64,000 nucleotides of DNA. It comes from an uncultured Acidobacteriota bacterium (GTDB lineage Bacteria > Acidobacteriota > Thermoanaerobaculia > Gp7-AA8). The stretch lies in the NCBI GenBank assembly GCA_963741955.1, contig CAVUKB010000010.1:416001-480000 (forward strand), in the 5' to 3' direction. A model generated the notes under the pieces. That model was not told the origin of the DNA. It made no database searches and worked only from the letters and a program-made list of their open reading frames with translations. Below, in pieces: positions 11,264 to 20,450 of this stretch. The stretch's first letter is position 1; each line of letters opens with the position of its first letter. Made by a program: the position numbers and the translations under genes.

Positions 11264-12956
11264 AGTCTTTCCTGAAATGCGCTCCTCGCGAGACGGGATT
11301 CTTGATCGCCGCTTCCGAGACGATGGCCGCCATCTGCTGGCCGTGAAAGAGCTCGATGATCTCCTTCGAGATCCTCGACTCGTGGTAGAACTTGGTGAGG
11401 CGGTGGCCGAGCTCGCGCATGTCGGCGACCGCGCGCTTGAGCCGCTCGAGGGTCCGCACGATCCCGACGTAGTTCCACATGGTGTTCTGAATCGTGGTCC
11501 AGTCCTGGAGAATCAGCGCCGGATCTTCCTTGCTCACCGTTCCCGGCTGTCTCCAGTCGGGGATCGACTCGAGCAGCCGGCCGGCCATCGGTCCGAATCC
11601 GGGAAGCCCCGAAGCGTAGGACCGCCGGATCGATGCGGCCGCGAGGGCGTCACCGGAGCGATCGCGGGCGGCGACCGATTCCACCGGCGTGGTCCCCGCC
11701 TCCAGACGCTCGCGAATGGAGACTGCCGCGTAGTAGCCCCAGGTCAGTCCTTCGAGGAGGGAAGTGGAGGCGAGCCGGTTCGCTCCGTGGACCCCGGTAC
11801 AGGAGCTCTCGCCGATCGCGTAGAGCCGGCTGAGAGTGGTCTCGCCGAACGAATTCGCGAGGATTCCGCCGCAGAAGTAGTGGGCGGCGGGGACGACCGG
11901 GATCGGATCTTTCTCGATGTCGATGCCGATCTCGAGGCAGGTGGCGTGGATGTTCGGGAAACGCTTCCGGATGCGCTGGCTCCCCTGGTAGAAGCCGGCG
12001 AGATCGAGATAGACGAATTCGTCCTTCTCCCTCGTCATCTCCTCGAGGATCGCGCGGGCGACGACGTCGCGCGGCGCGAGGTCCTTCTGCCGCGGCGAGT
12101 AGCGCTCCATGAAGTACTCGCCCTTCTGGTTCCTCAGCCGAGCGCCCTCTCCGCGCAGGGCCTCGGAGATCAGGAAGTGGTTCGCCTTCTTGTCCGCCAG
12201 CGCGGTAGGGTGGAACTGGACGTACTCCGAATTGAGGATCTTCGCCCCCGCGCGCGATGCCATCACCACCCCATCGCCGAGCGCATGGCGGGTGTTCGTC
12301 GTGTGGAGGTAGATCTGTCCGATCCCGCCGGTGGCGAGCACCGTGAAGTCGGCGAAGAGTGTGTAGACGTCGTTGGTTTTGTTGTCGAGCAGGTAGACCC
12401 CGACGCATTCGTTGTTCAGCCGGTAGTGCACCTGGATGTCGGCCGGATGGTGATGGGTGGTGAGAAGGTCGATCGCGGTGACGTCGGTGACCAGATCGAT
12501 GTTCGGATCATCCAGGATGTCGCGGAGGAGCGAGACCTCGATCGCGTTTCCGGTCGCGTCACCGGCATGGATGATGCGCGAGACCGAATGCGCCCCCTCC
12601 TGAGTCAGGTCGAGCTCCCCTTCATCCGTCTCGGAGAAGGGGACGTGGAATTCTCCGATCAGGAGCTTCTCCACCACCCGCGGCCCTTCGGCGGCGAGGA
12701 ACTGGACCGCGTCACGGTTGTTGATTCCCGCCCCCGCCTCGATGATGTCGTTCACCAGCGTCGCCGCGGTGTCGTTCTCTCCGCGGTAGATGATTCCTCC
12801 CTGAGCCCAGAACGTGTTGCAGTCTTTCGGGTCGGTCGCCTTGGTGACCAGGAGGACCCGGTATCCGGCACGGGAGAGTGTGTGGGCGCACGTCAGCCCG
12901 GCGATGCCGGTCCCGATGACGATGGCGGGGTAGTGATCGCGGTTCCTGAGGTTCAC
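11262..12956 (-). CDS. nadB: L-aspartate oxidase
   Basis: Motifs IGTGIAG, WAQGGI, EGAHS, QFHPT, ISEALRGEG, LAPRDVVAR, AAHY, HGANRLASTSLLEG and SRGAHFR. Confidence 0.93.
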   Translation of the reverse strand: MNLRNRDHYPAIVIGTGIAGLTCAHTLSRAGYRVLLVTKATDPKDCNTFWAQGGIIYRGENDTAATLVNDIIEAGAGINNRDAVQFLAAEGPRVVEKLLIGEFHVPFSETDEGELDLTQEGAHSVSRIIHAGDATGNAIEVSLLRDILDDPNIDLVTDVTAIDLLTTHHHPADIQVHYRLNNECVGVYLLDNKTNDVYTLFADFTVLATGGIGQIYLHTTNTRHALGDGVVMASRAGAKILNSEYVQFHPTALADKKANHFLISEALRGEGARLRNQKGEYFMERYSPRQKDLAPRDVVARAILEEMTREKDEFVYLDLAGFYQGSQRIRKRFPNIHATCLEIGIDIEKDPIPVVPAAHYFCGGILANSFGETTLSRLYAIGESSCTGVHGANRLASTSLLEGLTWGYYAAVSIRERLEAGTTPVESVAARDRSGDALAAASIRRSYASGLPGFGPMAGRLLESIPDWRQPGTVSKEDPALILQDWTTIQNTMWNYVGIVRTLERLKRAVADMRELGHRLTKFYHESRISKEIIELFHGQQMAAIVSEAAIKNPVSRGAHFRKD

Positions 12957-12957
12957 G

Positions 12958-13797
12958 TTATTCGTGCGCCGCGTAAGGATTCTGGGCGAAGCCGGTGATG
13001 ATGTAGGTTCCCGACTTCACGTCCTTTTTGATCTTGATCAGGTTCTTCGACTGGGCGTCCTCGAGCAGCTGACTGAACGTATCGTAGCCGTAGTACTCCT
13101 CGTTGAACGTCGGCTTCTTCCTCTGCATCGTCTGCTTGACCATCGAGCCCCAGAGAATCTCCTTGTTCTCCCGCATCAGCGCCTTGATCGAATCGATCAG
13201 CAGCTTGAAACACTCGGCCTGCTTCTTGTCCTCGGATGCGACCTGCGGGACGTTGGTCACGCCCCGCACCAGATCTTCGTAGAAGATGAACTCGTCGCAG
13301 TTCGCGATCAGCAGGTCGCTCGACGAGCTCTTCACTCCCACTCCGATCACGAACTTGTCGTTCTCTTTGAGCTTGGAGACGAGGGGCGAGAAATCGGAGT
13401 CTCCGGAGGCGATCACGAAGACGTCGATGTGCTCTTTCGACCACGCCATGTCCATCGCGTCGACGACCAGCCGGATGTCGGCGGAGTTCTTCCCGGAGTA
13501 GTTGCGGGCGGGAATGTCGATCAGTTCGATCGCCGCTTCGTGGAGCTCGCGCTTCAACTCCTGGAACTTGTCCCAGTCGCAATACGCCCGCTTGACGACG
13601 ATCTTTCCCTTCTCCAGCAAGCGCTCGAGGAGGAGATCGATGTCGAACTTCTTGTACTTCGCTTCGCGTACGCCGATGGCGAGGTTCTCGTAATCGATGA
13701 AAAGAGCGATCTTCCGTTCTGCGTTCATCCTTCCGGGCGGCGGCTCCGAATCGTACTCCTCGGATTCCGCCTCGGCTTCCTTTCTTTTCCCGGTCAT
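12958..13797 (-). CDS. NYN (LabA/DUF88, PIN-like) domain protein with C-terminal OST-HTH/LOTUS domain
   Basis: Motifs FIDYEN, GKNSADIRLVVDA, SGDSDF and PTFNEEYYGYDTFSQLLE. Start uncertain. Confidence 0.85.
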   Translation of the reverse strand: MTGKRKEAEAESEEYDSEPPPGRMNAERKIALFIDYENLAIGVREAKYKKFDIDLLLERLLEKGKIVVKRAYCDWDKFQELKRELHEAAIELIDIPARNYSGKNSADIRLVVDAMDMAWSKEHIDVFVIASGDSDFSPLVSKLKENDKFVIGVGVKSSSSDLLIANCDEFIFYEDLVRGVTNVPQVASEDKKQAECFKLLIDSIKALMRENKEILWGSMVKQTMQRKKPTFNEEYYGYDTFSQLLEDAQSKNLIKIKKDVKSGTYIITGFAQNPYAAHE

Positions 13798-13880
13798 GTG
13801 ATGCCCTAGTTTCGAGCTTTGGTCCCCGGGATTCAAGTGGAAGACGAATTCAGCGCTCCTCTCCATTAGAATCCGCACTC

Positions 13881-14864
13881 GTGAAGAACTGGATCACACT
13901 CACCCGGCCGTTCACCCTTCTCCCGCCGCTCCTGGGGATCATCTCCGGCGCGATCTGCGCGTGGGGCTCGGTCCACAACCCCGATCCGACACGTGCGGTG
14001 ACCGCCACGGTGGTGCTCACCATCGTGCTCGGCTCACTCTGCGCGTCGTTCCTCAACGCCGCGTCGAACGTGCTGAATCAGATCTACGACCTGGAGATCG
14101 ATCGGGTGAACAAGCCGCGCCGCCCCCTGGTCACCGCCGCAGTGGGGATGCGCGAGGCTTGGATCGGGACGGTGATCCTCTACCTCCTCGCCATCATTCC
14201 GACCTGGCTGGTGGTCGTCTTTCCTTACAACGGCGTGGCGGCGAAATTCTTCGCTCCACTCCCGTATCACGAATGCCTCTTCATCTACATCGCGGGGATG
14301 ATCTTCACGTTCGTCTACTCGGCTCCCGCATTCGGGAGGACCAAGCGCTTCGGCATCTGGGCGAACCTGACCATCGCCATCCCCCGCGGAACGCTGCTCA
14401 AGGTGGCCGGCTGGTCGATGGTCGCCCACGTCTTCTCCACCGAGCCCTGGTTCATCGGAGGGATTTTCGGCCTGTTTCTCCTCGGCGCCGCCTCGACCAA
14501 GGACTACTCCGACATCGAAGGCGACCGCCGCGGAGGCTGTCAGACCCTCCCGATCCGCTACGGCGTCCGCGCGTCCGCCTGGATGATCGCTCCCTTCTTC
14601 GTCTTTCCCTGGATCCTGATGCCGATCGGCGCGCACGTCACCGATCCGTTTCTCCACGGCGCGGTGCACCCGATCCTCACCGGCAACGCGACGCTGCTCA
14701 CCGCGGTCGGAATCATCCTCGTGCTGTGGGGGAGCTACACCGCCTGGCTTTTGTTGCGCAATCCCGACGAGCTCACCTCGACCGAGAACCATCCATCGTG
14801 GCGTCACATGTACCTGATGATGATGTTCGCGCAGGTCGGCTTCGCGGTGTCGTATCTTTTTTAG
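13881..14864 (+). CDS. UbiA-family prenyltransferase (DGGGP synthase / chlorophyll synthase-like motifs)
   Basis: Asp-rich motifs NQIYDLEIDRVNKPRRPL and KDYSDIEGD; multiple TM helices. Confidence 0.85.
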   Translation: MKNWITLTRPFTLLPPLLGIISGAICAWGSVHNPDPTRAVTATVVLTIVLGSLCASFLNAASNVLNQIYDLEIDRVNKPRRPLVTAAVGMREAWIGTVILYLLAIIPTWLVVVFPYNGVAAKFFAPLPYHECLFIYIAGMIFTFVYSAPAFGRTKRFGIWANLTIAIPRGTLLKVAGWSMVAHVFSTEPWFIGGIFGLFLLGAASTKDYSDIEGDRRGGCQTLPIRYGVRASAWMIAPFFVFPWILMPIGAHVTDPFLHGAVHPILTGNATLLTAVGIILVLWGSYTAWLLLRNPDELTSTENHPSWRHMYLMMMFAQVGFAVSYLF

Positions 14865-14919
14865 CGGCGAGCGGCGAGCGGCGAGCGGCGAGCGGCGAGC
14901 GGCGAGCGGCGAGAGGCGA
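14864..14919. repeat. Heptamer tandem repeat (GCGGCGA)n
   Basis: About 7 copies immediately after the UbiA stop codon. Confidence 0.85.
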
Positions 14920-15099
14920 CGTCAGACGTGTCGGACAGGTCTGACGATTTGTCGGACAGTCGGACCTGATTGTTCCCACAATCTCGCTCGCCTCTCGCCT
15001 GAGACTTTAGTCATTTCTCGCCTTCTCCTGTTCCGGTACAACGGATCCCGACTTCAGGCGCGGCCCTCATCGCGCACACGAAAAGGAGATCTCCTTCCC

Positions 15100-17382
15100 A
15101 TGTCTTATCGGAAGTACTGGATCGCACTCTGTCTGGTCGTCGTGGCTTCATTCTCGGTTCTCGGTTACGTCGGCTACCGCGGAATCCAAGCCGCACCACC
15201 CATTCCGAACCAGGTCGTCTCGACGGACGGCACGCTGCTGTTCACCGGAGAGATGATCCGCGACGGACAGAACGTCTGGCAGTCGATCGGCGGGCAGGAA
15301 GTCGGATCGGTGTTCGGCCACGGCGCGTATGTCGCCCCCGACTGGACCGCCGACGCTCTTCACCGTGAAGCCGAGACGATTCTCGACCTCCAGGCCCGAG
15401 CTCTTGGCGCGTCCGGATTCTCTGCGCTCGATCCCGGCCGGCGGGCGGCACTCCATGCCGAGCTCCAGGCCTCGATGCGCCGGAATACCTACGACGCGAA
15501 GAGCGGCCGGATCACCGTCGACCCGCTTCGGGCGAAGGCGTTCGCAGCGCTCGCAGCGCACTACGCAGACGTCTTTTCCAACGGCCGTTCCGAATACGCC
15601 ATCCCTCCCGGCGCGCTCACCGACGTGACGAAGCTGAGACAGATGTCCGCCTTCTTCTGGTGGACCGCCTGGGCCTCCACCACCGACCGTCCGGGGAGCG
15701 ACGTCACCTACACTCAGAACTGGCCGCACGAGCCTCTGGTCGGCAACGCTCCGACCACTTCGGCGATCCTCTGGAGCCTGCTCAGCGTGGTTCTCCTTCT
15801 CGCCGGGATCGGCGCCCTGATCTGGTATTCGGCCGCGCGTGGCGAACAGGCGAAGAAGCTCGAGCCTCCGCACCGCGATCCGATGCTCGGGTTCACTCCC
15901 ACGCCGTCGCAGAAGGCGACGGTCAAGTACTTCGGCGTGGTGGCCGCACTCTGGCTGGTGCAGATCGGCCTCGGCGCGCTGACCGCGCACTACGGCGTCG
16001 AAGGTTGGGGATTCTTCGGAATCCCTCTCGAGAAGATCCTCCCGTACGCCGTGACGCGCACGTGGCACCTGCAACTCGCCATCTTCTGGATCGCTACCGC
16101 CTGGCTCGCGACCGGACTCTTCATCGCTCCCGCAGTCGGCGGGCACGAGCCCAAAGGACAGCGCATCGGGGTGAACATTCTCTTTGTCGCACTGGTGCTC
16201 GTGGTTGCCGGATCGATGGCCGGTGAGTGGTTCGGGATCCAGCAGAAGCTCGGAAATCTCTGGTTCTGGTTCGGCGCACAGGGATACGAGTACGTCGACC
16301 TCGGGCGCTTCTGGCAGATCCTCCTCTTCGCGGGCCTCTTGATCTGGCTGTTCCTGATGTGGCGCGCGATCCGTCCGGCACTTCGCAAACGCGACGAGAG
16401 CCGCACGCTCCTGACGATGTTCCTCGTCTCCAGCATCGCCATCCCGATGTTCTACGCGGCTGGGCTGATGTACGGTCAGCGCTCTGCGATGGTCACCGCC
16501 GAGTACTGGCGCTGGTGGGTGGTCCACCTCTGGGTGGAAGGGTTCTTCGAGGTCTTCGCGACCGTCGTCATCGCGTTCCTCTTCACCCGCTTGAAGCTGA
16601 TCGAGACGGCGTCGGCGACGCGCGTGGTGATGTTCTCGACCTCGATCTTCCTCGCCGGCGGCATCATCGGCACGTTTCATCACCTCTACTTCACCGGAAC
16701 TCACGCTGCAGTACTCGCACTCGGCTCGGTGTTCAGCGCACTGGAGATCGTCCCGCTTGTGATGATCGGTCACGAAGCGTGGGAGAACATCAGGTTCTCG
16801 CAGGGATCGAGCGCGGCGCCATGGCTCCGTGAGTACCGCTGGCCGATCCTCTTCTTCGTCGCGGTGGCGTTCTGGAACCTGGTCGGCGCAGGCGTCTTCG
16901 GATTCCTGATCAACCCACCCGTCGCGCTCTACTACATGCAGGGTCTCAACCTGACGCCGGTCCACGGTCACACTGCGCTTTTCGGCGTGTACGGAATGCT
17001 GGCCCTCGGGCTCACCCTCTTCTCACTCCGCGCACTGACTCCCGGACGTGCATGGAAGGAGCGGAACCTCGCGTTCGCATTCTGGGCGCTCAACGTTGGC
17101 CTTCTTGCGATGGTCGTCCTGAGCCTGTTCCCGATCGGCATCATGCAGGCCGTGGCATCGATCGACACGGGCACCTGGTACGCCCGCTCGGCGGAGTTCC
17201 TCCAGCAGCCAATCATGCAGAAACTCCGCTGGATGCGCGTGGTGGGCGACTCGGTGTTCTCGCTCGGCGCACTCTCGTTCGTCTGGTTCCTCGTCGGTCT
17301 CCTCACCGGATCGTCGTACGAGACGGAGAGCGAGACGAACGAGCTGCCGGACACCATTTATCAAGCGGGTGGCGGCGACTGA
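15100..17382 (+). CDS. norB: Quinol-dependent nitric oxide reductase (qNor)
   Basis: 760 aa. Motifs GHGAYVAPDWTAD, RTWHLQLAIFW, VHLWVEGFFEVF, GTFHHLY and HGHTALFG. Confidence 0.93.
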   Translation: MSYRKYWIALCLVVVASFSVLGYVGYRGIQAAPPIPNQVVSTDGTLLFTGEMIRDGQNVWQSIGGQEVGSVFGHGAYVAPDWTADALHREAETILDLQARALGASGFSALDPGRRAALHAELQASMRRNTYDAKSGRITVDPLRAKAFAALAAHYADVFSNGRSEYAIPPGALTDVTKLRQMSAFFWWTAWASTTDRPGSDVTYTQNWPHEPLVGNAPTTSAILWSLLSVVLLLAGIGALIWYSAARGEQAKKLEPPHRDPMLGFTPTPSQKATVKYFGVVAALWLVQIGLGALTAHYGVEGWGFFGIPLEKILPYAVTRTWHLQLAIFWIATAWLATGLFIAPAVGGHEPKGQRIGVNILFVALVLVVAGSMAGEWFGIQQKLGNLWFWFGAQGYEYVDLGRFWQILLFAGLLIWLFLMWRAIRPALRKRDESRTLLTMFLVSSIAIPMFYAAGLMYGQRSAMVTAEYWRWWVVHLWVEGFFEVFATVVIAFLFTRLKLIETASATRVVMFSTSIFLAGGIIGTFHHLYFTGTHAAVLALGSVFSALEIVPLVMIGHEAWENIRFSQGSSAAPWLREYRWPILFFVAVAFWNLVGAGVFGFLINPPVALYYMQGLNLTPVHGHTALFGVYGMLALGLTLFSLRALTPGRAWKERNLAFAFWALNVGLLAMVVLSLFPIGIMQAVASIDTGTWYARSAEFLQQPIMQKLRWMRVVGDSVFSLGALSFVWFLVGLLTGSSYETESETNELPDTIYQAGGGD

Positions 17383-17477
17383 TCGTCCGCAGAGTGTGGT
17401 CTTGATCGCGGATCAGGGGATCGAGGATTGGGAGAGATCCACAATCCACGGCCCCCGATCCGCGGTATTCTCTATTT

Positions 17478-18416
17478 ATGCTCAGCCTTGATGCGGAGAT
17501 CGGGCGCCTTCGGGACGAACGACGTCTCGATCCGGATCGTGCAGCGACGCTGATCGCGATCGAGAGGGGCAACCTCTTCTCGCTCCATCTCGAGCTGCGC
17601 CTTCTCCTTTACGCGGCGGTCGTGGCGATCGTCACCGGGGTCGGCGTCGTTCTCTCGAAGAACCTCGACCGGATCGGTCCGGTTACCCTGATCGCGGGAA
17701 TCGGTCTGGTTGCCGCGGCCTGCTACCTCTACGCCTGGATCATGCCGCGGCGGCAGGCTCGGGAGCTTTCATTGCTGGAGAGCTACGTCCTCCTCCTCGG
17801 CGCTCTCCTCGTGAGCACCGACGTCGGGTATGCGGAGAGCCAGTTCCATCTGTTCGGTTCCGACTGGTCGCGGTACCTTCTCCTCCTCGCGATCTTCCAC
17901 GGCGCGACCGCGTATCTCTACCGCTCCAAACTCCTCCTGACGGTGTCGATCACGTCGCTCGCGGCGTGGTTCGGGATCGAGAGAAACATCGACACCCTCT
18001 GGGATTCGACTCCGGAGATGGGTCTCCGTGCGCTCGCCTGTGCCGCCGTGGTCTTCGTGTGGCGGGTGTTGGATCGTCGTTTCAGCCGTGCCGGGTTCAC
18101 CAACGTGTTCGATCATGCCGTCGCGAACCTCGCTCTCCTCGGAGCGCTCTTCCTCGTCTTCGACGACTCGACACGATGGATCGGTCTTCTTCTACTGACG
18201 GCCGGCGCCGGCTTCACGATCTTCGCCGGGTTCCGGAATCGTGAAGAGATCTTCCTGGTCTACGGTGTGGTCTACCTCCTGATCGGCGCGGGGGAGGTCG
18301 TCACCGATCTTCTTCACGAAGAAGTCCTGGAGATGCTCTGGTTCCTCGTGACCACGGCGACGGGCGGGGTGTGGCTCTTCATGATGCATCTGCGGCTGAG
18401 GGAGGGTGGATCATGA
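17478..18416 (+). CDS. Integral membrane protein, DUF2157-like
   Basis: N-terminal FSLHLELRLLLY motif and many TM helices. Confidence 0.65.
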   Translation: MLSLDAEIGRLRDERRLDPDRAATLIAIERGNLFSLHLELRLLLYAAVVAIVTGVGVVLSKNLDRIGPVTLIAGIGLVAAACYLYAWIMPRRQARELSLLESYVLLLGALLVSTDVGYAESQFHLFGSDWSRYLLLLAIFHGATAYLYRSKLLLTVSITSLAAWFGIERNIDTLWDSTPEMGLRALACAAVVFVWRVLDRRFSRAGFTNVFDHAVANLALLGALFLVFDDSTRWIGLLLLTAGAGFTIFAGFRNREEIFLVYGVVYLLIGAGEVVTDLLHEEVLEMLWFLVTTATGGVWLFMMHLRLREGGS

Positions 18417-19480
18417 TGCGGCCGTCCGTCCGGGAAGAACGCTCCTGGAGTCTGATCGATGCGATGAGGAGCTGGAGGAAAGCCGGGCTGGTGACGCCGG
18501 AGGAGGAGCTCGCCGCCCGAGGAGCACGCGCGAGCGGATGGAAGCGCTCCGGCCCGGTGGCGAGAATCGTACTGATGATCTTCGCCGCGATCTGCGTCGC
18601 GTCGTTCTACGGAATTCTCGATCTCGCGCAGATGCCCGGAAGGGGCGTCGTCGTTGCGCTGGCCGCGGTCGGAGTGGCCGAGTTTCTGATCCGGGGGAAA
18701 CGGCTCTTCCACACCGGTTTCGACGAGGGGTTGTACATCGCGGGGCTGTTTGCGTTCATCATCGGGCTTGGCGGGCCGCCGCGGGACGAAGGACTTCTGC
18801 TGTTCGCTCTCGCGTCGCTGATCGCAGGAGTTCGGACGCTCAACGGATTCTTCGTCACCGGCAGTTCGATCTTCGTGATCGCCTACGTCGGAGTGAAACT
18901 CGACAGCGGAATCGCCGCCGGATGGCTGGCGCTGCTGTTCGTTCTCCTTGCGCTCGTTCTCGACCGCATCCCGTTCAACCGGCCGACGCACCAGGACGTG
19001 GTCTCGCTCCATCTCCTCGTCTTCCCGCCTCTCGCCTGGTTTCTCTTTCTTTTCGGGCGGAACGGGCCTGACTCGATGCCGTTCATCTGGATGCTGCTCT
19101 TTCCTCTCTTCGCGGCGGCCCTCCTGGGGGCGGGTCTCCACTTCCGACGTCACCCGCAGCTTCTCGCTGGAATGATTCTGTTCGCCCTCTGGGCGTTCGA
19201 GCTCTCGACGCAGATGAAATGGCGCGGGGATCTCGCCGCGATCGGGTGGGGCGTGACGGGTCTGGCCGCTGCGATGGGAGCGGAGCGAGTCCTCCGGCAC
19301 GAGCATGGGGGAATCACGTCGCGGCAGCTCGCGGCGGGCGAGCTCGATCTGGTGGAGCTGGCGGCGATCATTCCGGTGGTCCCGCGGGCCGCAACCCCTG
19401 CACCGGCATCGGGGCCGCAACTCGACTCCTCCTCGGATGGCGGGAGTTTCGGCGGTGCGGGGGCGAGCGGGGAGTATTGA
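18413..19480 (+). CDS. Integral membrane protein with Gly-rich GGSFGGAGASGEY tail, partner of the DUF2157 protein
   Basis: ATGA overlap with the upstream gene; multi-TM; Gly-rich C-terminus. Confidence 0.7.
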   Translation: MMRPSVREERSWSLIDAMRSWRKAGLVTPEEELAARGARASGWKRSGPVARIVLMIFAAICVASFYGILDLAQMPGRGVVVALAAVGVAEFLIRGKRLFHTGFDEGLYIAGLFAFIIGLGGPPRDEGLLLFALASLIAGVRTLNGFFVTGSSIFVIAYVGVKLDSGIAAGWLALLFVLLALVLDRIPFNRPTHQDVVSLHLLVFPPLAWFLFLFGRNGPDSMPFIWMLLFPLFAAALLGAGLHFRRHPQLLAGMILFALWAFELSTQMKWRGDLAAIGWGVTGLAAAMGAERVLRHEHGGITSRQLAAGELDLVELAAIIPVVPRAATPAPASGPQLDSSSDGGSFGGAGASGEY

Positions 19481-19657
19481 GCGGCCTGTACTCCGGCCCG
19501 ATCCGAACACGTTCCCGGGTCGCGACGTCCTGGCCGTCAGGCCTCGGCGTCTGATGAGGAAAACTCGTTTGCCGGCACCCGATTCTCCGTTTTCCGCAGC
19601 GCTTCCGCCAACCCGGGATTTTGCGACGCTCCGAAAAAAATCGAGTTGTGAAACGGC

Positions 19658-19824
19658 TGTGGAGAAGTCTGTGGATCGCTGCGGAAAACTATCGATTCAG
19701 GGCTGCGGAAACCCCTGCCCGAAACCTGTGCAGGAAGGCTGCAAAACCTGTCGAAATGGACACGAAAAGGGGTCCCGCTTCTGTGGAAAAATCTGTGGAG
19801 AAGCTGTCGATTTGCAGTGGAGAA
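19658..19824. promoter_or_regulatory. Cluster of degenerate DnaA-box-like 9-mers
   Basis: TGTGGAGAA 19658, TGTGGATCG 19670, TGCGGAAAA 19680, TGTGGAAAA 19782, TGTGGAGAA 19794 and AGTGGAGAA 19816, compared with consensus TGTGGATAA. All in the same orientation. Confidence 0.5.
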
Positions 19825-19881
19825 ACGGCGGATTCCCTGCGCAAAACGTGTGAAGCCTAAGTTCTTCCAAATAGGCCATTT

Positions 19882-19929
19882 ACACTATAAATAGTGGGTG
19901 ATGGCAGCCTCTACCACAATATCTGGTAT
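19882..19929. promoter_or_regulatory. Tandem NrdR boxes
   Basis: ACACTATAAATAGTGG (19882) and CCACAATATCTGGTAT (19914) match acaCwAtATaTwGtg. Starts are 32 bp apart, upstream of nrdJ. Confidence 0.85.
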
Positions 19930-19936
19930 AACGTTC

Positions 19937-19965
19937 TTGACATCGTCCGAGGCGAGGCCTATAAA
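19937..19965 (+). promoter_or_regulatory. sigma70 promoter of nrdJ
   Basis: TTGACA-N17-TATAAA. Confidence 0.8.
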
Positions 19966-20008
19966 TAAAGTCCATCAAGCTGACAAGTGATGTTTGATGG
20001 GAGGGCAG

Positions 20009-20161
20009 ATGAAGGCTTCGGTCAAGAATCAGCGTATTTCCGCCCCGATGCGTCAGGTCTCGCTCCAGATCCGCGATTCCCTGGTGACCATGAAGGTGAA
20101 AGTGCCGCTGTCGTTGACGAGGCCGCCTATCGGCTCTTCAGTTTCTGAACGGAGACGCTGA
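20009..20161 (+). CDS. Candidate 50-aa small ORF in the nrdJ leader
   Basis: GGAGGG RBS followed by MKASVKNQRISAPMRQVSLQIRDSLVTMKVKVPLSLTRPPIGSSVSERRR*. Confidence 0.35.
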   Translation: MKASVKNQRISAPMRQVSLQIRDSLVTMKVKVPLSLTRPPIGSSVSERRR

Positions 20162-20212
20162 ACGAAGAAATGAGTTTCGTCGTCCTCTCTGCAGGAGGGA
20201 GGACGTGGTTGG

Positions 20213-20428
20213 AGCTCCGGAAAAGGGACGGAAGTCGGATGATCTTTTGGAAATGAGACCGGACGGGGACGTCGGACCGGAGGGCGCTCGAGAAGACCTG
20301 AAACGTGGGCCTTGGCAGCGTCGGGTCGGGAGGGTGGGCGCAGCTCTTCGGAATCGAAGAACCCCCACCGTCGCGGTCTCGGATTGAATTCCAGAACGTC
20401 ATTCGAACTCCATCCTCCATCCGGAGCT
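20213..20428 (+). ncRNA. Candidate structured cis-regulatory RNA in the nrdJ leader
   Basis: Nested complementary segments: AGCTCCGGA/TCCGGAGCT, TTTTGGAA/TTCCAGAA, GAGACCG/CGGTCTC, and hairpin TCTTCG-GAAT-CGAAGA. Confidence 0.4.
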
Positions 20429-20450
20429 GGAAAGAGAGGAGAGGGGAGTC

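Noticed and set aside
14920-14970. NorR or sigma54 sites upstream of norB
   Set aside because: Only short GTC(G/T/A)GAC repeats are visible, with no convincing GT-N7-AC triplet plus GG-N10-GC promoter.
15100-17382. NO dismutase (NOD)
   Set aside because: Canonical qNor motifs (HLWVEGFFE, GTFHHLY, RTWHLQ) are intact.
19650-19990. Chromosomal replication origin
   Set aside because: No dnaA, dnaN or gidA nearby, the boxes are all imperfect, and the AT-rich part is explained by NrdR boxes and the nrdJ promoter.
20160-20450. Cobalamin riboswitch
   Set aside because: I could not find the B12-box or the GGGAA...GCCACTG consensus. It is kept only as an unassigned structured leader.
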